Assembly: GCA_036677065.1 (NCBI GenBank)
Contig: JAKFBS010000002.1
Span: 32,001 to 96,000, forward strand
From: Bdellovibrio sp.
Lineage (GTDB): Bacteria; Bdellovibrionota; Bdellovibrionia; Bdellovibrionales; Bdellovibrionaceae
Reading direction: 5' to 3'
DNA: 64,000 nt
This document shows, one piece after another, positions 11,301 to 19,230 of the stretch; the first letter of the stretch is position 1, and every line of letters starts with the position of its first letter. The notes below the pieces were generated by a model. That model saw nothing but the letters and a program-made list of their open reading frames with translations, did no database searches and had not been told where the DNA came from. Both the position numbers and the translations under genes were made by a program.

Positions 11301-11573
11301 ATATGCAGACAGTAGAGGAGCTTTTGCCTTCTTTTTTTTGCTCTGTAATTCGGTTTACAGTTTTACTAAAGATTAAATTAATTCTTTTGATCTTCTGACT
11401 CAGATTAAATTGTAAACCCAAATGCAGAGCATGAAAAAGCACGAGCTATTTTTTTCTTTCGATTCAGTTCTCTTTGATGGGATTCGTGGGGTCATTTGAA
11501 GAACGTTTGGAAAAATCAGCCTCAAAACCCTTTAAAATGGCATCTTTACGGTTATTTTGGGGATTTTTGGGGC

Positions 11574-11602
11574 TTGAAAGTGGCCTTCTTTCTTGGCATA
11601 CT
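11574..11602 (+). promoter_or_regulatory. sigma70-type promoter upstream of the thrS leader
   Basis: TTGAAA-17 nt-CATACT, with TG immediately before the -10 (extended -10). Confidence 0.65.
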
Positions 11603-11609
11603 TTAATCC

Positions 11610-11642
11610 ATGCTATTTATAACTACGACCACCACATTTTAG
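11610..11642 (+). CDS. Putative Thr-rich leader peptide MLFITTTTTF
   Basis: ATG CTA TTT ATA ACT ACG ACC ACC ACA TTT TAG: five consecutive Thr codons, ending 82 nt before thrS. Confidence 0.75.
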   Translation: MLFITTTTTF

Positions 11643-11724
11643 TTCTCTTTCGAATGTCTAAAGCTCAATATCTTTCTATTATTAAAATTAAATACTACGC
11701 CATAAAAAATGGAAGCAGCTAAGA

Positions 11725-13707
11725 ATGTCGTCTCAAGAAATTAAAATTATATTACCTGATAACTCTGTTAAAACTTTTGATCATGAACCTACTACTTTAG
11801 AAGTAGCAAACTCAATTGGTGCGCGCTTAGCTAAAGATACTCTTGGTGCTAAGATCAATGGTTCATCTGATGTGATTGATTATCGTCTGCCATTAAAAGA
11901 TGGAACTCGAGTTTCTATTGTTACAACTAAATCTCCTGAAGCTTTAGAAGTTGTTCGTCACTCGGCTGCGCATTTGATGGCTCAGGCTGTTCAAGAAATT
12001 TGGCCTGAAGTTAAAGTGACTATTGGTCCTGTTGTTGAAAACGGGTTTTATTACGACTTTGATTCTCCTTTTAATTTTACTGAAGAGCATTTTGAAAAAA
12101 TTGAAAAAAAAATGGAAGAGATTCAAAAAAAAGATCTTCCACTTGTTCGTGAGAACTGGCCAATCAATAAAGCGATTGAAATGTTTCAATCTATGGGTGA
12201 GCGTTTTAAAGTTGAGTTGATTCAAGACTTAGCTGCAAAGGGTGATGAAACTGTTGTTGGTATTTATCATCAAGGTACTTGGTTTGATCTTTGTCGTGGG
12301 CCTCATGTGCAATCGACTGGTCAGATTAAAGCGTTTAAATTGATGTCTGTTGCCGGAGCTTATTGGAAGGGTGACCAAGCCAACCAAATGCTTCAACGTG
12401 TGTACGCGACTGCATTCCAAGACAAAAAAGAATTAGATGAGTATTTAAAAAATATTGAAGAAGCTAAAAAGCGTGATCACCGTAAATTGGGTAAAGAGCT
12501 TGGAATGTTTACGTTCCATCCTTGGGCTCCGGGTTCTCCGTTTTTTACTGGTCGTGGCACTGTGGTTTATAATGAACTGCAAAAGTACTTACGCGAATTA
12601 TATTTTAAATATGGTTACAACGAAGTTATTACTCCGCAAATTTTTGATGCGGAGTTATTTAAAACTTCAGGGCATTTAGCGAACTATAAAGATAATATGT
12701 TTTTTACTAAAGTGGATGAGCGTGATTTTGGTTCAAAGCCTATGAACTGCCCATCGCACTGTTTATTATTTGCTTCAGATAAATACTCATACCGTGATCT
12801 TCCATATCGTATGGCTGATTTTGGTCGCCTACATAGATATGAAGTATCAGGCGCACTATCTGGTTTAACTCGCGTTCGTACTTTCTGTCAGGATGATGGT
12901 CACATCTTCTGCACTAAAGAACAATTGCAAGGCGAGATTAAAGGTTTCGTGCAAATGTTAAATGAGATCTACCAAAAATTAGGAATGAGTGAGTACAAAG
13001 TTTATCTTTCAACTCGTCCTGAAAAACGTATGGGAACTGAAGAAGACTGGGATAAAGCCGAAGGTGCATTATCACAAGCTTTAGAAAGTTTAAGTATTCC
13101 TTATGAAATTAATCCTGGTGATGGGGCTTTCTACGGTCCAAAACTAGATATCATGTTTGTTGATGCTCTTAAACGCCCTTGGCAATTAGGAACTATCCAA
13201 TGTGATCCGAATCTTCCGCAGAATTTTCATTTGAAATACACTGGTGAAGATAACTCTGAACACACTCCGTTAATGCTCCATCGTGCGGTTTTAGGTTCAT
13301 TAGAGCGCTTTATCGGGGTTTACCTAGAACACACTGCCGGACATTTACCAGTGTGGTTAGCGCCGACTCAGGTAACTATCTTGAATGTGACTGATCGTGT
13401 GAATGAGTTTTGCGATAAAGTGAAAGCTCATCTTCGTGAAAGTTCAATTCGTGTTGAATTTGATAAGCGTAATGAAAAATTGAACTTTAAGATCCGTGAA
13501 GCTCAGCTGATGAAAGTGCCGTACATGATTATTGTCGGTGATAAAGAAGCTGAAGCGGGAACTGTTTCAATTCGTTTAAGTGATGGAACTTTACATAATA
13601 ACATCGCGTGGGAAAAAGCCTGCGAGATGATAATAAATAATAGAAATGATAGACAGCTGAAAGCATCAATAGATGCCCAAGCTACGGCTCAAACTTTAGG
13701 AGGCTAG
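11725..13707 (+). CDS. thrS: Threonine--tRNA ligase
   Basis: TGS domain, RHSAAHLMAQA, DLCRGPH, RDHRKLG, KPMNCP, GAFYGPK and HRAVLGSLERF. Confidence 0.98.
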   Translation: MSSQEIKIILPDNSVKTFDHEPTTLEVANSIGARLAKDTLGAKINGSSDVIDYRLPLKDGTRVSIVTTKSPEALEVVRHSAAHLMAQAVQEIWPEVKVTIGPVVENGFYYDFDSPFNFTEEHFEKIEKKMEEIQKKDLPLVRENWPINKAIEMFQSMGERFKVELIQDLAAKGDETVVGIYHQGTWFDLCRGPHVQSTGQIKAFKLMSVAGAYWKGDQANQMLQRVYATAFQDKKELDEYLKNIEEAKKRDHRKLGKELGMFTFHPWAPGSPFFTGRGTVVYNELQKYLRELYFKYGYNEVITPQIFDAELFKTSGHLANYKDNMFFTKVDERDFGSKPMNCPSHCLLFASDKYSYRDLPYRMADFGRLHRYEVSGALSGLTRVRTFCQDDGHIFCTKEQLQGEIKGFVQMLNEIYQKLGMSEYKVYLSTRPEKRMGTEEDWDKAEGALSQALESLSIPYEINPGDGAFYGPKLDIMFVDALKRPWQLGTIQCDPNLPQNFHLKYTGEDNSEHTPLMLHRAVLGSLERFIGVYLEHTAGHLPVWLAPTQVTILNVTDRVNEFCDKVKAHLRESSIRVEFDKRNEKLNFKIREAQLMKVPYMIIVGDKEAEAGTVSIRLSDGTLHNNIAWEKACEMIINNRNDRQLKASIDAQATAQTLGG

Positions 13708-13709
13708 CC

Positions 13710-14447
13710 ATTAATCAGTTTAATAATAATCGTCCAGCAGGTGGTGGCGGAACAGGTAAACCCCCAGGTGGTCCAAAACCAGGTGGATTCAACCGTTTCG
13801 ACAGAGATAAAAAACGTGGAGACAAAGATGGTCTTCGTGTAAATCGCGACATTCGCGCACCACAGATTCGTGTGATCGACGAACTTGGCGAAATGCTGGG
13901 AGTAATGACTGTACCAGAAGGTCTTCGCATTGCTGAAGATCGTGGTTTAGATCTGATCGAGATCGGACCTACAGCTTCGCCTCCAACTTGTAAAATCATG
14001 GACTACGGCAAGTACAAATACGAAAATAAGAAAAAAGCCGCAGCTTCACGCAAAAAACAAGTGATCGTTGTCATTAAAGAAATTCAGGTTCGTCCAAGAA
14101 CTGATGTTCACGATTTCGAAACCAAAATGAAACATGCTCGCAGATTCTTATTAGAAGGCGATAAAGTAAAAGTAAATTTACGTTTCATGGGTCGCGAGAT
14201 GTCACATCAAGAAATGGGTTTAGAAGTCATTAATCGTGCGATTGATTTCGTTAAAGATTTAGCTCTTGTTGAATCTAATCCGAAAACTGAAGGTAAAAAC
14301 ATGTTCACCATGCTTGCACCTGATCCAATGAAGATTAAAGAGTACTTAAAAGCTAACCCGCCTAAGGGTCAAAAAGAAGTTCTTCCTGAATTATCGAAAG
14401 AAGACTTATCGTCTACTTCACACACTGAAGAGCACGACGAAGATTAA
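13710..14447 (+). CDS. infC: Translation initiation factor IF-3, ATT start, 245 aa
   Basis: The frame is open upstream of 13872 to an ATT at 13710, 6 nt after the SD GGAGG (13699-13703). This restores the conserved RVNRDIRAPQIRVID. CKIMDYGKYKY and GDKVKV are present. Confidence 0.93.
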   Translation: MNQFNNNRPAGGGGTGKPPGGPKPGGFNRFDRDKKRGDKDGLRVNRDIRAPQIRVIDELGEMLGVMTVPEGLRIAEDRGLDLIEIGPTASPPTCKIMDYGKYKYENKKKAAASRKKQVIVVIKEIQVRPRTDVHDFETKMKHARRFLLEGDKVKVNLRFMGREMSHQEMGLEVINRAIDFVKDLALVESNPKTEGKNMFTMLAPDPMKIKEYLKANPPKGQKEVLPELSKEDLSSTSHTEEHDED

Positions 14448-14453
14448 GATATT

Positions 14454-14490
14454 AAAAAGGGCTGGTTGAAAAACCGGCCCTTTGTTTTTT
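14454..14490. terminator. Probably bidirectional intrinsic terminator between infC and the convergent gene
   Basis: AAAAAGGGCTGGTT-GAAA-AACCGGCCCTTTGTTTTTT. Confidence 0.85.
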
Positions 14491-14494
14491 AGTC

Positions 14495-14812
14495 TTAGTT
14501 ATTTACTTCGTATTCTGAATACACGCCAATTAAGTAACTCTTATAACGGCATTTTTCGATATCGATCTGAACTGAGCCAATGCGGTCAACTGGCCCGCTG
14601 GTGCCGCCATCGCCATCTTTTATGATGATGTTTGTTGAACGAATATTTCCCATTAATAACGAATGGCTGATGCCTACTTTTTTAGAGTTGTAAAGTCTGG
14701 CTATTTCTAAAACTTTTTTCTCGACGATAGAATCAGCTACATCGTCGCTGCATTCTGCAAAAGTGATGTTTGTGAATAAAAGAATACCTAACAATGAAAT
14801 TAGAATTTTCAT
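14495..14812 (-). CDS. Small exported hypothetical protein
   Basis: Signal peptide MKILISLLGILLFTNITFA, SD GAGG, two Cys. Confidence 0.7.
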   Translation of the reverse strand: MKILISLLGILLFTNITFAECSDDVADSIVEKKVLEIARLYNSKKVGISHSLLMGNIRSTNIIIKDGDGGTSGPVDRIGSVQIDIEKCRYKSYLIGVYSEYEVNN

Positions 14813-14872
14813 AAAACCTCGCTGAATTGATACTAAATTGAAATTTAATCATTCAGCAAGGATATAGAGTTG

Positions 14873-15493
14873 TTATTTAATTTTATTCATCTGAAACGGT
14901 ACGCGGTAATTCTGTAAAACAATGCGGTCCACACAATTTATGCCTTCGCATTTTTGCACGATCACATCACAGTTTTGTTTTAGTGTTTGGCCAGCTGTGT
15001 GGTCGATGGCTACTAAAGTTCCAGTTGTAATCATTTGCTCCACTTGTTCGCCCGCAAAAACTTGCTTGGTGCTTCCAAGCGCGCTTGTTGTTGCCTGGTT
15101 AAAAGTTAAAATCATATCTTGCGTGTTTTCGTTGCCGACAGCGCGAATACCTTTGATTGTTTCGGGCATGTGTTCCCAAACCTTTAAATCATCAGACGTG
15201 TAAGAATGATTAATCGTAGTAGCTGGAACTAACTTAGCCGTTAGCAAATCATTGCGACCAGTTTGTAGCCAGTTGGTGCGATCATTAACGTTATTTAAAT
15301 TATTAAAGATACGGCTTTTATCAAAAGTCACAAAACCCATGCGTCCAGCTTCTTGATTTTCGCCCTTGCATTGATATTGAACCGTTACAGAAACTTTAAC
15401 TTGTGATTCTATTTTTTGCAGTTCTTTAAGATAGTCATTTGCAAAAGCTGCTTGAGAGGCCACTAATGAAATTGCGAATATAAGTTTGGTCAT
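14873..15493 (-). CDS. Exported hypothetical protein
   Basis: Signal peptide ending AFA, SD AGGAG, four Cys. Confidence 0.75.
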   Translation of the reverse strand: MTKLIFAISLVASQAAFANDYLKELQKIESQVKVSVTVQYQCKGENQEAGRMGFVTFDKSRIFNNLNNVNDRTNWLQTGRNDLLTAKLVPATTINHSYTSDDLKVWEHMPETIKGIRAVGNENTQDMILTFNQATTSALGSTKQVFAGEQVEQMITTGTLVAIDHTAGQTLKQNCDVIVQKCEGINCVDRIVLQNYRVPFQMNKIK

Positions 15494-15630
15494 AGAAATA
15501 CTCCTGGTTAGTTCACTGAGCTATGTTTTTGCAAACGCAGGACCTTGGCCAGAGAGGGTTATTTCGATTTGGAGCATTTAGCCTGTCTAGCGTTTTGATA
15601 GAAGACTCGTTTTCGCGTGTTAACAGCGAC

Positions 15631-16344
15631 CTACTCGGGGCAGATCAGCTTGGCTTCTTCGTCAGTGATTTTAATGTCATTGAATTTTTTAAAATTTTTC
15701 ACTTTATTGATAACGTGATTATATTCTTTAGTGTCATTACCATCGGTGTTTTTGCGCCAGTAGGCTAAGGCTTTATCATTGTTCCAGCCACAATACTGAA
15801 TCAAGTTTATCACAGCCGCATAACCAGAGGCGTGCCAGCCGTTCCAACAGTGACCGTACATCGGCCCTGTAATTTCGCCTTTGATGTGCTTTTGAACTTG
15901 CAGGAGTAAAGCTTTTTCGTTGCCTGATTTGAGAGAAGCTAATTGAAGGTAGTCGAGCTTTTGGTCTTTACCACAAGTAATGATTTTCTCAGATTCGTCA
16001 TAGTTGTCTTTATAAAAGTACATCGCTTCTGAAAAGCCCTGCTTGCAGAGATTTTCTAAACCTTCTTGGGGAAGAGGATTTTGGTTATCGCGTTTTTTAT
16101 TTTTATTAAATTTATTGTTGGCGCCACCGCGGTAATAAATACCGTGAAGAACTGCGCGAAAATTACGGGTGCCGTAAAGGTTATCGTTACCATTGCCTTT
16201 ATTATCAGTTTGTTTTTTATAGACATCATCAAGTGGGTAGAGTTTTTTGTATTTGGCTACTTGATCGGCTAAATTAAAAACCGGCTTAGTGTTGTTCGCC
16301 CAAGCCGGTAGAGAAAGAATCAGTATTAAGAAAAATCGCATCAT
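15631..16344 (-). CDS. Exported protein-tyrosine-phosphatase-like (Cys-based) protein with an atypical P-loop
   Basis: Signal peptide ending AWA. NFRAV...YYRGG and GPMYGHCWNGWHASG resemble PTP/DSP folds, but the CX5R arginine is replaced by Ala. Confidence 0.6.
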   Translation of the reverse strand: MMRFFLILILSLPAWANNTKPVFNLADQVAKYKKLYPLDDVYKKQTDNKGNGNDNLYGTRNFRAVLHGIYYRGGANNKFNKNKKRDNQNPLPQEGLENLCKQGFSEAMYFYKDNYDESEKIITCGKDQKLDYLQLASLKSGNEKALLLQVQKHIKGEITGPMYGHCWNGWHASGYAAVINLIQYCGWNNDKALAYWRKNTDGNDTKEYNHVINKVKNFKKFNDIKITDEEAKLICPE

Positions 16345-16368
16345 ATAATGCGATTATATCAGTTTAAA

Positions 16369-17739
16369 TTACTGTTGTGCAGCTTGAATCATAACGCGGC
16401 AATCAGGAACTGCTTGGCCAGTGAAAGCTGAATCAAGGTCTAGATCAAGTGACAATTGGCCTGCTTTACAAGTGTTAACTAGCACATTTACTGAGTGAGC
16501 TACGTTTGTCTTAAATGTATTGATATCAGTAGCAGTCATACCAGTTTCTAATTTAAAGAAAGCTTGGCCTTCAGCTGTGTTGATAAGTTTATAAAGTTTT
16601 AAAAGTTTTTCGAAAGTCTCTGGGTTAAAGTGACGTACGCCTTCTAGTAATTTACCGTTTTTGATGTGATTTTCTTTAGCCACGCCACAGTCGTTATCTT
16701 TCATCATCATCTTTTTAAGCATCAATGTGCCAGCTGGGTAAGTTTTGCCAGCGGCGATGTCTTTTTTAGATAATGAATCTAATTTATCAACTTGAGTTTT
16801 ACCAGTCTTAGCGTCTTTAACTACAGCGTAAGCTTCCATAGTGTAGTGTAAGTTACCTAAGCGATCTTGTTGGCTTAACATTGTATCTAATAAAATCATA
16901 TCAGCTACGTTTTGCATTTTTAAAACTTCTTGAGCGTTAGTTTGTGACCAGTTTAAGTTGCCGATAGCAGCAGCGTTTGTTAAACGGGCATAGGTGGCAT
17001 TTTTAGCTTTAAAATTTGCTGTACGAGTTGGTTGGTCAGAACCACCATTGAATAATTCAGAGTATTTCTCTTCTTTAGAAGGGTTGTTTTGCAAAGCACC
17101 AAAACTGTATTGGTAATCATCAGTAAATACGTTTGTTGATTTAGCATGCGCTTGTTTTTTAGTTAAGATTGATAAAAGACCAGCCCAAGTTTGCGCGATA
17201 AGGTCTGTTTTATTCTTAATAGTCGCGTATGTTTTTTCGCCGATCGCTTTGTGAGTAGCTGCATCAACCGTTCTTAAAACCACTGCCGGAACTTGGTTGA
17301 TATTACCTAAGAAGCGAGAAACGTGGTAATAAGATAAAAGTGAAGGTGTATAGCTGCAGCTTGTAGATAATTTGTATTTAGCCGCTTTTTTGAAAGCGTT
17401 ATCACCTTTTTCGCCACCTGGTTTTTGTAAAAAACAACCTTGAGCTTCCATTTGAGAAGCTGTGTAACCATCTGCAATTTCATAGAATTCCAAAGCTGGA
17501 TTTGTACTTTCAACTTTACCGCATACAGCAGCAGAAGTTCCGATATTCATAGAACATAATTCTTGTTCTTTTTCTAAATCTTTTTTAGAAAATTTAGATC
17601 CTTCAAGGCGGTTAGGGATGTAACAGATTTCACCGCGATCCATAGCGATCTTCTGTGCGCCACGGCCTGGCATGTTCGGTGTTAATGTAGCTTGTGCTAA
17701 CATCGGGGCTAATAAGACCATAACTACTGCTTTTTTCAT
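16369..17739 (-). CDS. Exported atypical kinase-like protein (Fam20/Four-jointed-like motifs)
   Basis: Signal peptide ending AQA. Motifs YYHVSRFLG..VPAVVLR, DMILLDTMLSQQDRLGN and KDNDCG. Confidence 0.6.
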   Translation of the reverse strand: MKKAVVMVLLAPMLAQATLTPNMPGRGAQKIAMDRGEICYIPNRLEGSKFSKKDLEKEQELCSMNIGTSAAVCGKVESTNPALEFYEIADGYTASQMEAQGCFLQKPGGEKGDNAFKKAAKYKLSTSCSYTPSLLSYYHVSRFLGNINQVPAVVLRTVDAATHKAIGEKTYATIKNKTDLIAQTWAGLLSILTKKQAHAKSTNVFTDDYQYSFGALQNNPSKEEKYSELFNGGSDQPTRTANFKAKNATYARLTNAAAIGNLNWSQTNAQEVLKMQNVADMILLDTMLSQQDRLGNLHYTMEAYAVVKDAKTGKTQVDKLDSLSKKDIAAGKTYPAGTLMLKKMMMKDNDCGVAKENHIKNGKLLEGVRHFNPETFEKLLKLYKLINTAEGQAFFKLETGMTATDINTFKTNVAHSVNVLVNTCKAGQLSLDLDLDSAFTGQAVPDCRVMIQAAQQ

Positions 17740-17797
17740 AAAATCCTCTTTCTTTTTTATAAAATATCTTTAAATCAAAAATCTAAAATTAATAAAT

Positions 17798-19228
17798 CTA
17801 GTCGCCGTCATTTTTAATCAGCTCTGCCGCTGAAGCGCGCAAGTAATTAAACTTACCCGGGTGAAGAAGGCTTGTTACAAACCCATCGTAAAGGCTAACT
17901 ACGTTTTCAATGACTGGGCGATCAAACGGTTGGCTCTGCACTAGGGCGCGTGATTCTTTATCGCTGAATTTAACTCCCATAACATCAACGACTAAGTTGA
18001 TCGGTAATTTTAATTCTACGTGGCGGGCATCAGCATCACCTGTGACTAAACGGCTATTGTTTTTCAATACAAAAGTTGGATCTTTTAAACCTTTTGCTGA
18101 ATACATATTTCCTAAGTAAACACCTTGGCTGCGATCAATCGTCGTTTGAAAACCTGCTGTCGATTCAAAAGCACTGCGGTGATAAGCCGTTGCCCCTTCA
18201 ATTTGTAAAAAGCTTGGATTTTCGGCGATACCTTCGGCTAATACTGCAAAGATCGCTTTAGCGCGCGCTTCTAAAGCAGGGTCTTTCGCAACGATTTCTT
18301 GAGTTAACTTCTCAAGGCGAGCATTAGATTCAGCTTGTCTGCCAGCTGCTACTTTTGATTTAAACGGAGCAAATAACATATCAACTTGGCTTTGAGATAA
18401 AGTGACATCAAGTTTTTGCACGTTGTGATTGCCGTTTAAATTTTTGTATTTCGGGCTCTGAATGATATCATCAAGAGCTGATTTAATTTCTAATTTGTAT
18501 GATTTTCCATGCGGGGCAAACATTTTAAAAGTAGCGCCAAAACGTGTTTGCATGTCAGCTAAGTTTAAAATTTTACTTTCGCCGTTCACATTAAGATCAA
18601 ACAGGCCGTCAGATTTTTTTGTGATCATTACTTTAGAGCCATTCGCTAATGAACCAGCGACTGGAACATCCGCAGTCATTTTTTCAAAGTTTACTTCGCG
18701 TAAGTAAGTTCTGATGCGCGGTTGGTGTTTGGCATTACCTTTGTTATCAATTAATGGTTTAGTGTAATACGTAAATGTGCTGTCGGTAGCACCTTCTGGT
18801 GGCGGGGCATCACGTACAGTTAATTTGTCATTAGTATTTGTTTCACCTTTAACTTGTAATTCGAACATACGCTGGTGAACTTGGCGCGTAAAACCTTCAG
18901 ATGCTGAATCTAAACCATCTAAAACCTTTTCTAAAGTTTCAGGCGATAAATTTTGCTTAATCAATTTATTAACATAATCATTTGAACGTTGAACTGATAA
19001 TTTAGTTTTCCATTCGCTGCGCCAAACTGTTGCAAGTTTTCCTGTTAAAGTTGCGCGTAAGTTTTTTAATAAAGTAACATAGCGGTTTTCTTCAACTTGA
19101 ACTTTATCAACAATTCTGGTTGGCGGAGCCGCTTTGCCCGAGAACAAATCAACGCAGGCATTGGCAGCCACTGCATTTGCAGAATAAATTTGTGCGGCTA
19201 AGATAAGTGGCAATAATTGTTTTTTCAT
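17798..19228 (-). CDS. Exported VTC-domain / triphosphate-tunnel (CYTH superfamily) protein
   Basis: Signal peptide followed, in order, by RSEWK, PRIRTY, LEIK, YHRSAF, TTIDR, VELK and GKF. Confidence 0.65.
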   Translation of the reverse strand: MKKQLLPLILAAQIYSANAVAANACVDLFSGKAAPPTRIVDKVQVEENRYVTLLKNLRATLTGKLATVWRSEWKTKLSVQRSNDYVNKLIKQNLSPETLEKVLDGLDSASEGFTRQVHQRMFELQVKGETNTNDKLTVRDAPPPEGATDSTFTYYTKPLIDNKGNAKHQPRIRTYLREVNFEKMTADVPVAGSLANGSKVMITKKSDGLFDLNVNGESKILNLADMQTRFGATFKMFAPHGKSYKLEIKSALDDIIQSPKYKNLNGNHNVQKLDVTLSQSQVDMLFAPFKSKVAAGRQAESNARLEKLTQEIVAKDPALEARAKAIFAVLAEGIAENPSFLQIEGATAYHRSAFESTAGFQTTIDRSQGVYLGNMYSAKGLKDPTFVLKNNSRLVTGDADARHVELKLPINLVVDVMGVKFSDKESRALVQSQPFDRPVIENVVSLYDGFVTSLLHPGKFNYLRASAAELIKNDGD

Positions 19229-19230
19229 AA

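Noticed and set aside
11474..11722. 82-aa ORF upstream of thrS
   Set aside because: It has no recognisable features and overlaps the thrS promoter and the better-supported Thr leader in another frame.
11603..11724. T-box riboswitch or tRNA upstream of thrS
   Set aside because: No T-box consensus, terminator or cloverleaf is visible, and the leader is too short.
13715..13999. Minus-strand 94-aa ORF and an apparently truncated infC
   Set aside because: The ORF is an antisense shadow. infC is complete once the ATT start at 13710 is used, so no frameshift is needed.
15530..15551. sigma54-like GG-N10-GC upstream of the 15493 gene
   Set aside because: Two overlapping, poorly matching registers are possible, which is too weak to call.
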